Assembly (NCBI GenBank): GCA_965215015.1
Contig: OZ244042.1
Coordinates: 64,001-128,000 of the forward strand
From: Candidatus Poribacteria bacterium
GTDB lineage: Bacteria; Poribacteria; WGA-4E; PCPOR2b
Length of the DNA: 64,000 nt
Reading direction: 5' to 3'
The notes under the pieces are model-generated. The model was not told the DNA's origin and made no database searches. It saw only the letters and a program-made list of their open reading frames with translations. Both the position numbers and the translations under genes were made by a program. Positions 9,903 through 20,163 of this stretch are shown here, piece after piece (within the stretch, counting starts at the first letter, position 1; each line of letters starts with the position of its first letter).

Positions 9903-10580
9903 ATGCGGTCAATAAATGAATGCAAGGCTATCATTTTTGATATGGATGGGTTGATGATCGACACCGAAAGGCTTGCGCTCAGAGCATGGCAGCTGGCGGG
10001 AGCTGATTTCGGATTTCCCATTAGCGATGATATTTTTATTACTATAGTAGGTCGAAATCGCAGAGATTCGGACCGCACCCTAGTTGAAATTTTTGGAACC
10101 GATTTCCCAGTTGAGGCTATGCGAAACAGGTATCGCACGTACCTCGATAGCTGGATTGACGAAGGCAAGTTATCTATTAAGCCTGGACTTCTGGAGTTGT
10201 TAGGCTTCCTAGACAGGATTTCAATGCCAAAGGCGGTAGCGACCTCTACAGAATATAAGCGAGCGATTCACAAATTATCACTCACAAATCTGTTAGACCA
10301 TTTCCCTATAGTGATTGCTGGTGATCAAGTGCAAAAGGGTAAACCCGCACCGGATATTTTTCTCATCACCGCGGCGCGACTAGAGGTTCTCCCGGAGAAT
10401 TGTCTGGTCCTGGAAGACTCAGACGCCGGCATTCAGGCAGCCCACGAGGCAAGAATGACACCTGTTATGATTCCAGACATGAAGCCCCCCTCAGAGAAAA
10501 GCCTCGCTTTTGCCTACAGAATTTTTGGAGGGTTAAGGGAGTTTCACGATTACTTTCGAGAAAGTTTAAGGTTGGTGTAA
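9903..10580 (+). CDS. HAD-superfamily phosphatase (beta-PGM/CbbY-like)
   Basis: IFDMDGLMIDTE, GKPAPDIF and LEDSDAG motifs. Confidence 0.92.
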   Translation: MRSINECKAIIFDMDGLMIDTERLALRAWQLAGADFGFPISDDIFITIVGRNRRDSDRTLVEIFGTDFPVEAMRNRYRTYLDSWIDEGKLSIKPGLLELLGFLDRISMPKAVATSTEYKRAIHKLSLTNLLDHFPIVIAGDQVQKGKPAPDIFLITAARLEVLPENCLVLEDSDAGIQAAHEARMTPVMIPDMKPPSEKSLAFAYRIFGGLREFHDYFRESLRLV

Positions 10581-10610
10581 CCGCGTTCTGCTAATCTAAA
10601 TCGCAATGAG

Positions 10611-11005
10611 TAGATAGGGGCTTTTCTCTGAATTTAACGCAAAGACGCAGCGTCGCAAGTCCCGATTCCGTTGCCCTCCAATCGGAACGCCACCCCGTTT
10701 ACCCCCTAACCCCCTCCCAAGTGGGGAGAGGAAGGAAATGCTTACCGCATCATGGATTCACAGTTTCATCGGGAGAAGAACCAAGAAACGAACCCCCCTT
10801 CCCTGACGAAGAGGAAAACGGGAAGCCGCTTCCCTCGCTTTCTCATTTCCTTTTTTTCCGTTTCCCTTCCCCCTGCTAAATACCCGGTGGGTTGTCCGTC
10901 AGTTCCTGGCTCATTGAGCCTAGAACAGTCTGATACCGTGTGGGTATTCGGGACTGAGGGGGGGCGTCCAAGCGTTTTATTAAAAGCCAGTAACGACTTA
11001 TCCCC
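10611..11005 (+). repeat. Dispersed non-coding repeat family A, copy with internal REP and mini-element insertions
   Basis: Runs TAGATAGGGGCTTTTCTCTGAATTTAACGCAAAG ... AAAAGCCAGTAACGACTTATCCCC. Inverted homologues at 62061-62346 and 23595-23792. Confidence 0.8.
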
Positions 11006-11040
11006 ATTTAAATAATAATGGACTTAAAAAGGAGGACCAA

Positions 11041-11469
11041 ATGCCTATACACACATCTGATCCAATTTATGACATGTTCGTTCAATACAAAACAATCGCG
11101 GTAGTTGGGCTTTCTGCGAAGCTCGATCGCCCCAGCTATCGTGTTGCGAAGTTTTTACAAGAACAGGGCTACCGGATTATTCCCGTAACCCCGACCTACG
11201 ACGAGGTACTCGGCGAAAAAGCATATCCAAGCCTGCTTGACGTGCCGAAAAGTCAACCTATCGAAATTGTCGATATTTTTCGTCGTACCGAATATGTGCC
11301 AGAGATTGTTGATCAAGCTATCGAAATCGGAGCAAGGGTTGTCTGGATGCAACTGGGAATTATCCACGAAAACGCCGCAGCCAAAGCACGCTCACACGGT
11401 TTGCAAGTCGTGATGGATAAATGTACAAAGCCCGAATTTACAAACCGTTTTCTGTCGCCCCAGGTATAA
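11041..11469 (+). CDS. CoA-binding protein (YccU-like)
   Basis: TIAVVGLSAKLDRPSY, IVDIFRR and VWMQLGI motifs. AGGAGG RBS. Confidence 0.92.
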   Translation: MPIHTSDPIYDMFVQYKTIAVVGLSAKLDRPSYRVAKFLQEQGYRIIPVTPTYDEVLGEKAYPSLLDVPKSQPIEIVDIFRRTEYVPEIVDQAIEIGARVVWMQLGIIHENAAAKARSHGLQVVMDKCTKPEFTNRFLSPQV

Positions 11470-11607
11470 TAGTGAGGAACGCATTCGCACCCCAGAAATA
11501 ACAGAAGAGACCACGGACACTACGGCAGCACACCGAAGGCAGGTTCAGTGCCATGGGACTCGCAACCGGCTTGAACACCTTTTCTTATATCATATTGGGT
11601 CATTGTT

Positions 11608-12189
11608 ATGCCAGACACATATATTTTATTTCGGCCGCTCAAAATTCTGTGGAAACGGATGCTCCCTCCGCTGAAGTATGCAACAACACGGTGGATTCTC
11701 ATCCCCAAGCTGAAGTCGGATTCTGCGGAAATGCGATCCTATGCCACGCAAGCGTTGGAATCAATGGGAGACGAACAAGCAGTGCTGCCGCTCATTAATG
11801 CTTTGCAGGATGCGGATAGCACTGTGCGACGTTTTGCAATCTCCTCCTTAGGCGCACTGCGGGATAGCCGGGCGGTTGAACCTTTAATTCCTTTTCTGAA
11901 GGATGCAGAGCCAGATATGCGTTGCTCCGCTGCCGTTGCGCTAGGCGATTTGAGAGCTGCTCACTCGGTTGAACCGTTGATCGCAGCGTTAAATGATCCA
12001 GATCGATCCGTCTGTTCAGCAACAATTATTGCTCTGGGCAAAATTGGGTCTCGGCGAGCTATTGAGCCACTTAATGAGTTATCAAGAACGACGGACAGCG
12101 AGTGGCTGCGCCGCTATGTGAGTGAAACACTGCATCAGATTGAGGAACATGAAACTAAAAATGACAGTTATAACGAGGTGTTATATTGA
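11608..12189 (+). CDS. HEAT/PBS-lyase repeat protein
   Basis: Four repeats of the type AV.PLI.AL.D.D..VR..A..ALG.L. Confidence 0.85.
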   Translation: MPDTYILFRPLKILWKRMLPPLKYATTRWILIPKLKSDSAEMRSYATQALESMGDEQAVLPLINALQDADSTVRRFAISSLGALRDSRAVEPLIPFLKDAEPDMRCSAAVALGDLRAAHSVEPLIAALNDPDRSVCSATIIALGKIGSRRAIEPLNELSRTTDSEWLRRYVSETLHQIEEHETKNDSYNEVLY

Positions 12190-13034
12190 ATCGAATTGAA
12201 GCAAAGTTTGAACAGTTACGTGCAGAGGGCCGTAGCGCGTTTATGCCGTACATCTGTGCCGGAGATCCAACCCAAGAAATCAGTCGAAAGCTGCTCTTAA
12301 CGCTCGAAGAAGCGGGCGCAGATCTCATTGAACTGGGTGTGCCGTTTTCCGATCCCATTGCAGATGGGCCTTCCGTCCAGAAGGCGAGTGAACGGGCATT
12401 GGCGGATAAAATCTCACTGCAAGGGGTTCTCGAGATGGTTGAGGCACTTCGTCAGGAGACACAGATTCCGATTACATTGATGACCTACTACAATCCAATT
12501 TTTCGGATGGGGGAAGCGGAGTTTTGCACTGCGGCACACAAGGCGGGCGTGGATGGGGTAATTATTCCAGACCTACCACCAGAGGAAGCCTCTGCACTAC
12601 TAGAAGTTGCCCCAGCATATAACCTGGCTACAATCTTTCTCGCCGCGCCCACAAGTTCGCCCGAACGAATGCGTTTCATCGCGGCGGTCAGCACAGGCTT
12701 TATCTATTGCGTTTCGGTTACCGGCGTCACAGGAGCGCGTGCGTCCCTTTCGGAGGAGATGCAGCCAATGATCGTTGACCTGAAGAAACAGACCCTAAAA
12801 CCGGTTTGTGTTGGATTTGGAGTCTCAACCAGTGAGCAAGCCAATACAGTCGCACGCCTTGCAGATGGTGTCATTGTTGGCAGCGCAATCGTTAACGTTA
12901 TAGAGGCACATTTGGGAAACGAAGCAGCAATCTTGTCGAACGTGAAGGAGTTTGCCGAGGAATTGGCAGCGGGAGTACGGGGAGAGATTCTGATAAAAAC
13001 CCCGATCCGACCGGGGCTACGGAACCGATCATGA
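12186..13034 (+). CDS. trpA: Tryptophan synthase alpha chain
   Basis: IELGVPFSDPIADGP, LMTYYNP, YCVSVTGVTGAR and DGVIVGSA motifs. TTG start overlaps the upstream stop. Confidence 0.97.
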   Translation: MNRIEAKFEQLRAEGRSAFMPYICAGDPTQEISRKLLLTLEEAGADLIELGVPFSDPIADGPSVQKASERALADKISLQGVLEMVEALRQETQIPITLMTYYNPIFRMGEAEFCTAAHKAGVDGVIIPDLPPEEASALLEVAPAYNLATIFLAAPTSSPERMRFIAAVSTGFIYCVSVTGVTGARASLSEEMQPMIVDLKKQTLKPVCVGFGVSTSEQANTVARLADGVIVGSAIVNVIEAHLGNEAAILSNVKEFAEELAAGVRGEILIKTPIRPGLRNRS

Positions 13035-13754
13035 AACTACATCCAATAGGGATGGTAGCGAGATTGCAACCCAACGCGATGAGGTTTCTCCTTAGGGTGA
13101 ATGCTATAAGCAAATTGGTCACAGATTTGTGACAGATTGTCTATAAAATCTGACCAATTGTATGTTGTATCCTTACGAGCTTGCCCGTCAGCAAGAAGTA
13201 GGGCGAGCTCATAAAAATTTTGGCTATTCCTTTGAGAGTCTTGACTTTTCATCATGCCGATTTCCTTTCTGCTTGATTTTTTGGCAATTAAGTTACTGAA
13301 CTGAACGAATTTTCTACAATTTTGGTATTCCACGACTCTAAACAGTAGAAAAGCCAGTGAGGACACTGGCTTCCCTCAAGGAGGCAAATCGATTGATTTT
13401 TAAGATGCAATAATAATGCCAATATTTGGCTTAATCCTTTGAGGGTATTAAATCTAACGCAGCATATACGGACACCTTGATCTCAGCTAACCTTTGACCC
13501 ATCGAACGAGTTTTAGTAACCATAAGTTAGGGAACAAATCGGGCAGCTGCGCGACTGTCTATGACCCATTTCGTGCAACATCAGGGCTTTAATAATCCCC
13601 CACAACTTTACAAAACGTTTTCTGTCTCCCTCCGGTTACTTAAAAAGATCCGAGTTGCTTCTGTACGAAGACCGTAAGGGTCAAATCGGTGTCTCGCAAT
13701 CGTAACAACATGTATCAAAAGTAGCACGATAAACCTATACATAAAGGAGTAAAC

Positions 13755-15224
13755 ATGACAATGGCAACGGACCAACCTATTCGAGTTCGCTTTGCGCCCT
13801 CGCCGACAGGATTTCTTCATATCGGAGGCGCACGCACAGCACTGTTTAATTGGCTGTTCGCAAGACATCATCGCGGAACATTCATCCTTCGGATTGACGA
13901 TACCGATGCAGCCAGATCCACGGAGGAATCGATGCAGGGTATCTACGATTCGATGGAATGGCTCGGACTCGATTGGGACGAAGGACCGAGGGTTGGAGGA
14001 CCCCACGTACCTTATATCCAAACGGAACGCAGCAATCTCTATCACAAATATGTGCAGCAACTGCTTGACACAGGTAACGCATATCGCTGTTACTGCACCC
14101 CTGAGGAATTGGACCAGATGCGGACGCGTGCCCGTGTGGAAAAACGCTCACAAGGATACCTCGGAAAGTGCAGACCTCTGACAGAAGCGGATCGGCAGAA
14201 ACTTGAGGCGGAAGGACGCAAATCAACGATTCGGCTTAAAATTCCAGAAGGTGCAATCATGGTACGAGATCTTGTACTTGGTGTAGTCAAATTTGAAGCC
14301 GACACGCTTGACGACTTTATTATTGTCAGATCCAACGGTTCACCCCTCTACAATTTCACTTCGATCATTGATGATATTGAGATGAGAATAACGCATATTA
14401 TCAGGGGAGCAGACCACCTTTCCAACACGCCAAAACAGATTTTAATCTGTCAAGCACTCGGCATTGACCCACCGCAGTGCGCGCATTTGCCGATGGTGCT
14501 GGGCAGCAGCAAAGGGGAGAGGCTGAGTAAACGGCACGGTGCCACCTCCGTCGGCCAGTATCGTGAGGACGGGTATCTGCCGGAGGCATTGATCAATTTC
14601 CTCGTGCGGCTCGGTTGGTCCTACGACGACAAGGAGGAAATCTTTTCCGTCGACCAACTAATTGAGAAATTCGACTTTGAGCGGGTGGGAAAAAGCGGCA
14701 GTGTGTTTGATATCAAAAAACTCCAGTGGCTAAACGGGCACTACATCACACAGTTAGACCTATCTGCACGCACCAATGCAGTCATCCCCTTCTTGCAAAA
14801 AGGGGGGCTTCTAGAAAAAGAAAAAAGCCAGACGTGGTTGGAGCAATTTGTTTCAGCGGTTGGAGATCGACTGGAAACGCTGGCAGATATTACCGACTAC
14901 AGTTACCTTTTCACCGACGATTTTGACTATGACCCCAAAGCAGTTAAGAAGTGGTGGAAAGGCGATCCCGCTGGAATTTTACAGGGACTCCGCGATGTGC
15001 TAGCGGCGGTTGAAGTATTTGAAACAGAGCAGATTGAAACAGCAATCTGGGCACACATCGAAGCGAAGAAGGTCAGTCGGATCAAGGCAATGCAGCCGTT
15101 ACGAGTTGCACTGAGCGGCGAAGCGGGGGGGCCCGGCTTATTTGATATTATCGTCCTACTCGGTAGAGAAAAGGTGCTTGAGCGGTTGGACAGGGCTATC
15201 TGCCATATTGAGGGGTGCTCATAA
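13755..15224 (+). CDS. gltX: Glutamate--tRNA ligase
   Basis: RVRFAPSPTGFLHIGG (HIGH), LRIDDTD, RCYC and RLSKRHG (KMSKS-like) motifs. Confidence 0.97.
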   Translation: MTMATDQPIRVRFAPSPTGFLHIGGARTALFNWLFARHHRGTFILRIDDTDAARSTEESMQGIYDSMEWLGLDWDEGPRVGGPHVPYIQTERSNLYHKYVQQLLDTGNAYRCYCTPEELDQMRTRARVEKRSQGYLGKCRPLTEADRQKLEAEGRKSTIRLKIPEGAIMVRDLVLGVVKFEADTLDDFIIVRSNGSPLYNFTSIIDDIEMRITHIIRGADHLSNTPKQILICQALGIDPPQCAHLPMVLGSSKGERLSKRHGATSVGQYREDGYLPEALINFLVRLGWSYDDKEEIFSVDQLIEKFDFERVGKSGSVFDIKKLQWLNGHYITQLDLSARTNAVIPFLQKGGLLEKEKSQTWLEQFVSAVGDRLETLADITDYSYLFTDDFDYDPKAVKKWWKGDPAGILQGLRDVLAAVEVFETEQIETAIWAHIEAKKVSRIKAMQPLRVALSGEAGGPGLFDIIVLLGREKVLERLDRAICHIEGCS

Positions 15225-15286
15225 TTGTTATCTGAATCGCGAATTTAGAACCGATTGAACTTGGGGGAGAAATCTATCGAAATTCG

Positions 15287-15489
15287 TAGGACTTACGCAG
15301 TTGACTCCTCGAAGCCTTGTAGGTTGAGATTCATATCTCGACCAAATACCCTACCCTATAGCCGACAAACAGTAGAGCAACCACAATGCCCCTACAGGAA
15401 TCAACCTAATGTAGGGACAGGCCTTGTACCTGCCCCTAACACCCTCGGAAAGGAGATTGGTTCAATTTGTCAAATGTCAACAGAACCTA
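15287..15489. repeat. Composite intergenic repeat: TAGGACTTACGCA end, GTAG-type REP hairpins, AATGTCAACAGAACCTA end
   Basis: Modules recur at 53856, 18950 and 55822-55867. Lies between convergent gltX and glnS. Confidence 0.6.
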
Positions 15490-15558
15490 AGCAAATATTC
15501 GACAGTCAATTCGGTGGAAATTTGTTTGCCAATCTTTCTGCAGGATTTACAATTCTCC

Positions 15559-17283
15559 TTACTGGCGCTGCTGCGCCCTTTGAATCTTTGCCCACGTGTC
15601 TCGCAGGGTCACCGCTCGATTGAATACCAGTTTTTCATCAGAGGAATCGGGATCTACACAGAAATAGCCCGTTCTTAGGAATTGGTACTGAGTGCCCGGG
15701 GCCGCACCGGTGAGACTGGATTCGACCCGGCACGACTGCAACACCTCCAACGAGTTTGGATTCAAGTTCGTCTTGAAATTATCATCTGTGAGAGCGTTGG
15801 GATTCAGTTCACTGAAGAGGTGATCGAACAGGCGGACTTCCGCTTCCAGCGCGTGGGGGGCGGAAACCCAGTGCAACGTTCCTCTTACCCTGCGCCCATC
15901 TTCCGACCACCCCCCTCGTGTCTCCGGATCGTAAGTGCAGTGTAACTCAGTAACTTCTCCCGTCTGCTCATCCTTAACCACATCAACACATGTAATATAA
16001 TAGGCGTGTTTGAGTCGCACCTCACGCCCGGGGGCCAGACGGAAGTATTTCCGCGGTGGGGCTTCCATAAAATCTTCCTGTTCAATATAAATCTCGCGCG
16101 AAAACGGAATCTTCCGATACCCCATGCTCTCATCCTCCGGATTGTTCTCGGCATCTAAATCTTCTACCTTGCCTTCCGGATAGTTGTCAATAACCACCTT
16201 GAGTGGACGCAATACAGCCATCACGCGCGGGGCACGTATATTCAAATCCTGGCGGAGGCAGTATTCAAGCAGCGCAATATCGACTAAATTATCGCTTTTT
16301 GCCACGCCGATACGATTACAAAAGTCTCGGATGGCCTCCGCTGTGTAGCCACGTCGCCGGAAACCAGATAGTGTCGGCATACGCGGATCATCCCACCCCT
16401 TGACATACCCCGACTCTACCAGTTGGACGAGCCAGCGTTTGCTTAATATCGTATAGCTGAGATTGAGTCGAGCGAACTCAATCTGCTGCGGGTGATAAAT
16501 TTCCAATTCGTCAAGATACCAATCATACAAGGGGCGATGGTCCTCATATTCGAGTGAACATAACGAGTGGGTAATACCCTCTATAGAATCGTTTTGACCA
16601 TGCGTAAAGTCGTACATCGGATAGATACACCACTTGTCGCCCTGCCTATAATGCGTTGCCCGCCGAATGCGATACATGACCGGATCCCGCATGTTCAAAT
16701 TGGGAGATGCCATATCAATTTTGGCGCGAAGTGTACGCTCACCGTCCGAAAATTCGCCCCCTCTCATGCACTCGAAAAGGTCAAGATTTTCCTCAACCGT
16801 ACGGTTGCGGTACGGGCTATCCACCCCCGGCTCCGTCAACGTGCCGCGGTACTCCCGGATTTCATCGGGGTTCAGGTCGCAGACGTACGCCCTCCCTTTC
16901 TTGATCAGTTTCACGGCATATTCATAGAGTTGTTCAAAATAGTCCGAAGCATAGAACTCCCGGTCCTCCCAATCAAATCCGAGCCATCGAATATCCTCCT
17001 TCTGCGCTTCCACATATTCAATGCTTTCCTTGGTTGGATTGGTATCATCAAATCGCAAATTGCAAATCCCACCGAAATCGTCCGCCACACCAAAGTTAAT
17101 ACAGAGGGCTTTGGTGTGGCCAATATGCAGATAACCGTTTGGCTCGGGTGGAAACCGCGTATGCACACGCCCGCCAAATCTATTTGTTCGCAAATCTTCC
17201 TGAATCGCCTGCCGAATAAAGTCCGTAGCGGGAGTCGAATCGCTCGTAGAGTTCTTCGCTGTTTCAATTGTCGCATCTTTCAT
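15559..17283 (-). CDS. glnS: Glutamine--tRNA ligase
   Basis: [37 protein letters not shown] and QFLRTGYF motifs. Confidence 0.97.
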   Translation of the reverse strand: MKDATIETAKNSTSDSTPATDFIRQAIQEDLRTNRFGGRVHTRFPPEPNGYLHIGHTKALCINFGVADDFGGICNLRFDDTNPTKESIEYVEAQKEDIRWLGFDWEDREFYASDYFEQLYEYAVKLIKKGRAYVCDLNPDEIREYRGTLTEPGVDSPYRNRTVEENLDLFECMRGGEFSDGERTLRAKIDMASPNLNMRDPVMYRIRRATHYRQGDKWCIYPMYDFTHGQNDSIEGITHSLCSLEYEDHRPLYDWYLDELEIYHPQQIEFARLNLSYTILSKRWLVQLVESGYVKGWDDPRMPTLSGFRRRGYTAEAIRDFCNRIGVAKSDNLVDIALLEYCLRQDLNIRAPRVMAVLRPLKVVIDNYPEGKVEDLDAENNPEDESMGYRKIPFSREIYIEQEDFMEAPPRKYFRLAPGREVRLKHAYYITCVDVVKDEQTGEVTELHCTYDPETRGGWSEDGRRVRGTLHWVSAPHALEAEVRLFDHLFSELNPNALTDDNFKTNLNPNSLEVLQSCRVESSLTGAAPGTQYQFLRTGYFCVDPDSSDEKLVFNRAVTLRDTWAKIQRAQQRQ

Positions 17284-17981
17284 GGTTTTTCCCTCGATTT
17301 ATTGAAATAGTAATATAACGCAAGCTGCTAGTAGTAGGCATACGCCGTATGCCGTAACTTCTGTCTCATGAACTCATTCAATTTAAGAGTTCATTAGTTC
17401 AAAAGTTCGCTAATTGCGCCGATGAACTAACATCGCTCCAATTGCTTTGAATCCCGAAAATACCAATAACATCACGCGATAGCTCTAGGCTTAATTCACC
17501 AGGCATCGTAGCTCAACACACCGGGGGTTTTCGGGGCGGTATGTGCATCAGAACACACCCCACCTGTAGGTCAGGCACCTTGCTCGCCCCATAGCCCCAG
17601 AGGAGCAACATGTGTGTTGCATTGGGGTGATGCGCGATGAAGTGATAAAAACATTCCCCCTCACTTAGTAACCCCGATAAATAGTCTTAGGTAAATTTGG
17701 TCATTTCTGATAGTCTCAAGTATGGAAACTCGACCCACAGGCTGCTGAGTAACTCGAGCTAATATACAATCAGGTGTTCTCTCCAGCGTCAATAAGAGGT
17801 TCAGAAATTATAGGAAAGATCTTCATGGTTGTCAACCTGATTTCTACAACGAGGAGGGGCTTTTAATTCTCCTGTAGACTGAAAGCTCTCGGAACGGAGA
17901 GAGATCTCCGAATCCCAACTTCCTACTCAAACCAAGGAGAACATCGAAAAATAAATAGCCTGCTGCCTTTACTAAAAAATA

Positions 17982-18011
17982 TTGACTTTTAACCTGACTT
18001 TGTGATAAGAT
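17982..18011 (+). promoter_or_regulatory. Candidate sigma70 promoter upstream of the 18079 pseudogene
   Basis: TTGACT, 18-nt spacer, TAAGAT with an upstream TG (extended -10). Confidence 0.4.
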
Positions 18012-18078
18012 CGGCAGCAGCCGTAGAAGCCTGATTCATTGCGCGACGACTTACCTTAACCGTAAGGGAAGTAAACCT

Positions 18079-18687
18079 ATGAAAAAACCACTTCTTTGTT
18101 TTAGCTTGTATGCGTTAATAGTCTATCTCACTAGCCCCACACTCAACCGCGCCGTTGCCGCTACCCAACCCTCCGCGGGAGATGGGACGCATTTTTGCAG
18201 CGGCGTAGTTGATTCGCCTCCCCAATTTCATCGAGATTCACAGCAACCAGACAACCGTCGTTATACCCAAACTTTTGCAGCGAATTTGAACCTCGGTGAA
18301 CCGTACGTGCGATTAATTCACTTCCTCCCAAGCGACCGTGCACTCCACCAGAGATCGACACAAAGATAGATGCGTTGATAAAGGATGTACAGCAGCTTTA
18401 TGCTAGAGGTATGGAACGTCACGGGCTCAACAGAAAAACCTTTACCTTTGAAACGGACACTTTTTACAAAATCCGTAAAGAAATCCCCCGCTAGCGGGAA
18501 GAAAAGGGGAGCAGCGATAACGTTGCAACCGGGGCCGAACCTCGTGGGGATGCCGTTGAGAGATTCACGAATAGCCCGGGTGAGCACCCTGTTGACGCTC
18601 GCGGGGATTGAGGGCAAGGTTTCAGCGGTTATGGTTTCGGGTAACACAAGATTCAAGACAGCAGGAGCTACACACCTAAGTTTGTAG
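18079..18687 (+). pseudogene. Frameshifted, internally deleted remnant of a large secreted protein
   Basis: Signal peptide, then VRLIHFLPSDR, a frameshift to PEIDTKIDALIKDVQQLYARGMERHGLNRKTFTFETD, then a second frame change to ITLQPGPNLVGMPLRDSRIARVS. Ends at a REP cluster. Confidence 0.65.
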
Positions 18688-18962
18688 TCGCGCGTTCATT
18701 GCGCCTCTTTAAGGGAGTCGGCATACGGCGTATGTCGACTCCCCCCTTCTCCCCGCTAAATACCCGGTGGGGTGTCCGTCAATTCCTGGCACAATGGGCC
18801 TGTCTCCCCTCGCTTGTGGGGGACTGAGGGGATTCTTAGGGGGCAGCTACTTACGACTATGGGATGATGTAGTTGTCCGATTCGTCGGGCACCGTGAACC
18901 GTATGGCCCGATGATGGGGACCCGACCTACGAGGGTTTGAACCTTCAACTGCGTAAGTCCTA
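18684..18962. repeat. REP/MITE mosaic
   Basis: GTAG hairpins, GGGAGTCGGCATACGGCGTATGTCGACTCCC palindrome (also at 9721), truncated AAATACCCGGTGGG element and TGCGTAAGTCCTA end. Confidence 0.7.
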
Positions 18963-18994
18963 TACATAAACAACAATTCTATAACGAGGAGATT

Positions 18995-20119
18995 ATGAAA
19001 CGTAAATTACTTTTTTGTTTAATCTTTGTGGTCACTGTTTTTAGTTTTACCGCTTTTGGCGACTCCGGCGACGCGGACACCCCTCACGGTTTAGAAGGTT
19101 GGATCGAATCCAAGATTGGAAGCCTCCACACAATTTGGCTCTTTGTCATCATCGCAATTACCCTTTATCTCCTTGGAAAAGGCGCTGACATACTAGTCGA
19201 CGAAGCGGTTGCCCTCTCAACCCGATGGGGTATCCCGCAGACGCTGATCGGCGCCACAATTGTGAGTCTTGGGACAACGACACCTGAAGCCGCGGTTTCG
19301 GTGTTCGCCGCCGTTCAGGGGGATCCAGACATCGCCCTTGGGAATGCGGTAGGGTCAATTATCTGTGACACCGGACTCATCCTCGGTACTGCCGCGCTGA
19401 TTGCTCCTCTACCGCTCAACCGAAAAATTGTCAATCGCCAAGGTTGGCTGCAACTAGGATCGGGATTTCTGCTGGTGATTGCCTGCCTGCCTTTCGGTTC
19501 GTTAGGAACAACCTTTGCACAAGGAGGGCACCTCCCGCGAGTGATGGGCTTTGTTTTCCTCGGCCTGCTTGCCGCTTATATGTGGCAGTCGATCCGCTGG
19601 TCGCGCGACGCTGACAGCATAATGGAAACGGATCAGATTCACGAAGATTCCGCTAATACGGTGCTTGTCGTTGTCAAGTTGCTATTCGGCATTTTATTAG
19701 TGGTTGCCTCCTCATCGGTGTTAATTCCAGCAGTTAAGATTGTCGCTGAAAGAGTGAAAGTTCCTGAAAGCATCATTGCTGCTACATTGGTAGCCTTTGG
19801 AACCTCTTTGCCCGAATTTGTAACCGCAGTAACTGCTGCAAGAAGAGGACATGGCGCACTCGCGGTCGGAAACGTTATCGGTGCCGATATTCTTAACGTA
19901 CTTTTTGTCGCTGGCGCATCTGCCGCTGTAACGGGCGGCGGGTTAGAAGCACCGACGCACTTTTTCCGCCTGCTTTTCCCGTTGATGTTATTTATCCTGG
20001 TCGTTTTTCGTGTCGGTATATTTGTTTCGGGCGATAGGTTAAAGCGTCCTTTTGGTGTCGTACTTATCGGTGCATATCTGCTTGTGACGATTCTGAGTTA
20101 CAAGGTTACGGGAGGTTGA
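18995..20119 (+). CDS. Calcium/sodium antiporter (CaCA, YrbG-like)
   Basis: Alpha repeats GTTTPE...GNAVGS and GTSLPE...GNVIGAD. Confidence 0.92.
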   Translation: MKRKLLFCLIFVVTVFSFTAFGDSGDADTPHGLEGWIESKIGSLHTIWLFVIIAITLYLLGKGADILVDEAVALSTRWGIPQTLIGATIVSLGTTTPEAAVSVFAAVQGDPDIALGNAVGSIICDTGLILGTAALIAPLPLNRKIVNRQGWLQLGSGFLLVIACLPFGSLGTTFAQGGHLPRVMGFVFLGLLAAYMWQSIRWSRDADSIMETDQIHEDSANTVLVVVKLLFGILLVVASSSVLIPAVKIVAERVKVPESIIAATLVAFGTSLPEFVTAVTAARRGHGALAVGNVIGADILNVLFVAGASAAVTGGGLEAPTHFFRLLFPLMLFILVVFRVGIFVSGDRLKRPFGVVLIGAYLLVTILSYKVTGG

Positions 20120-20163
20120 AACCCTAGTTGTGGTTTCAGAGATAGCTTAACAAGGGGACAAAA

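Noticed and set aside
13037-13366. Possible small minus-strand gene between trpA and gltX
   Set aside because: No recognisable motif, and the 3' end runs into hairpin-like sequence. It cannot be supported from sequence alone.
16567-17310. Long antisense ORFs (also 407-1036 and 37110-37952)
   Set aside because: They are shadows of well-supported genes on the opposite strand and have no recognisable motifs.
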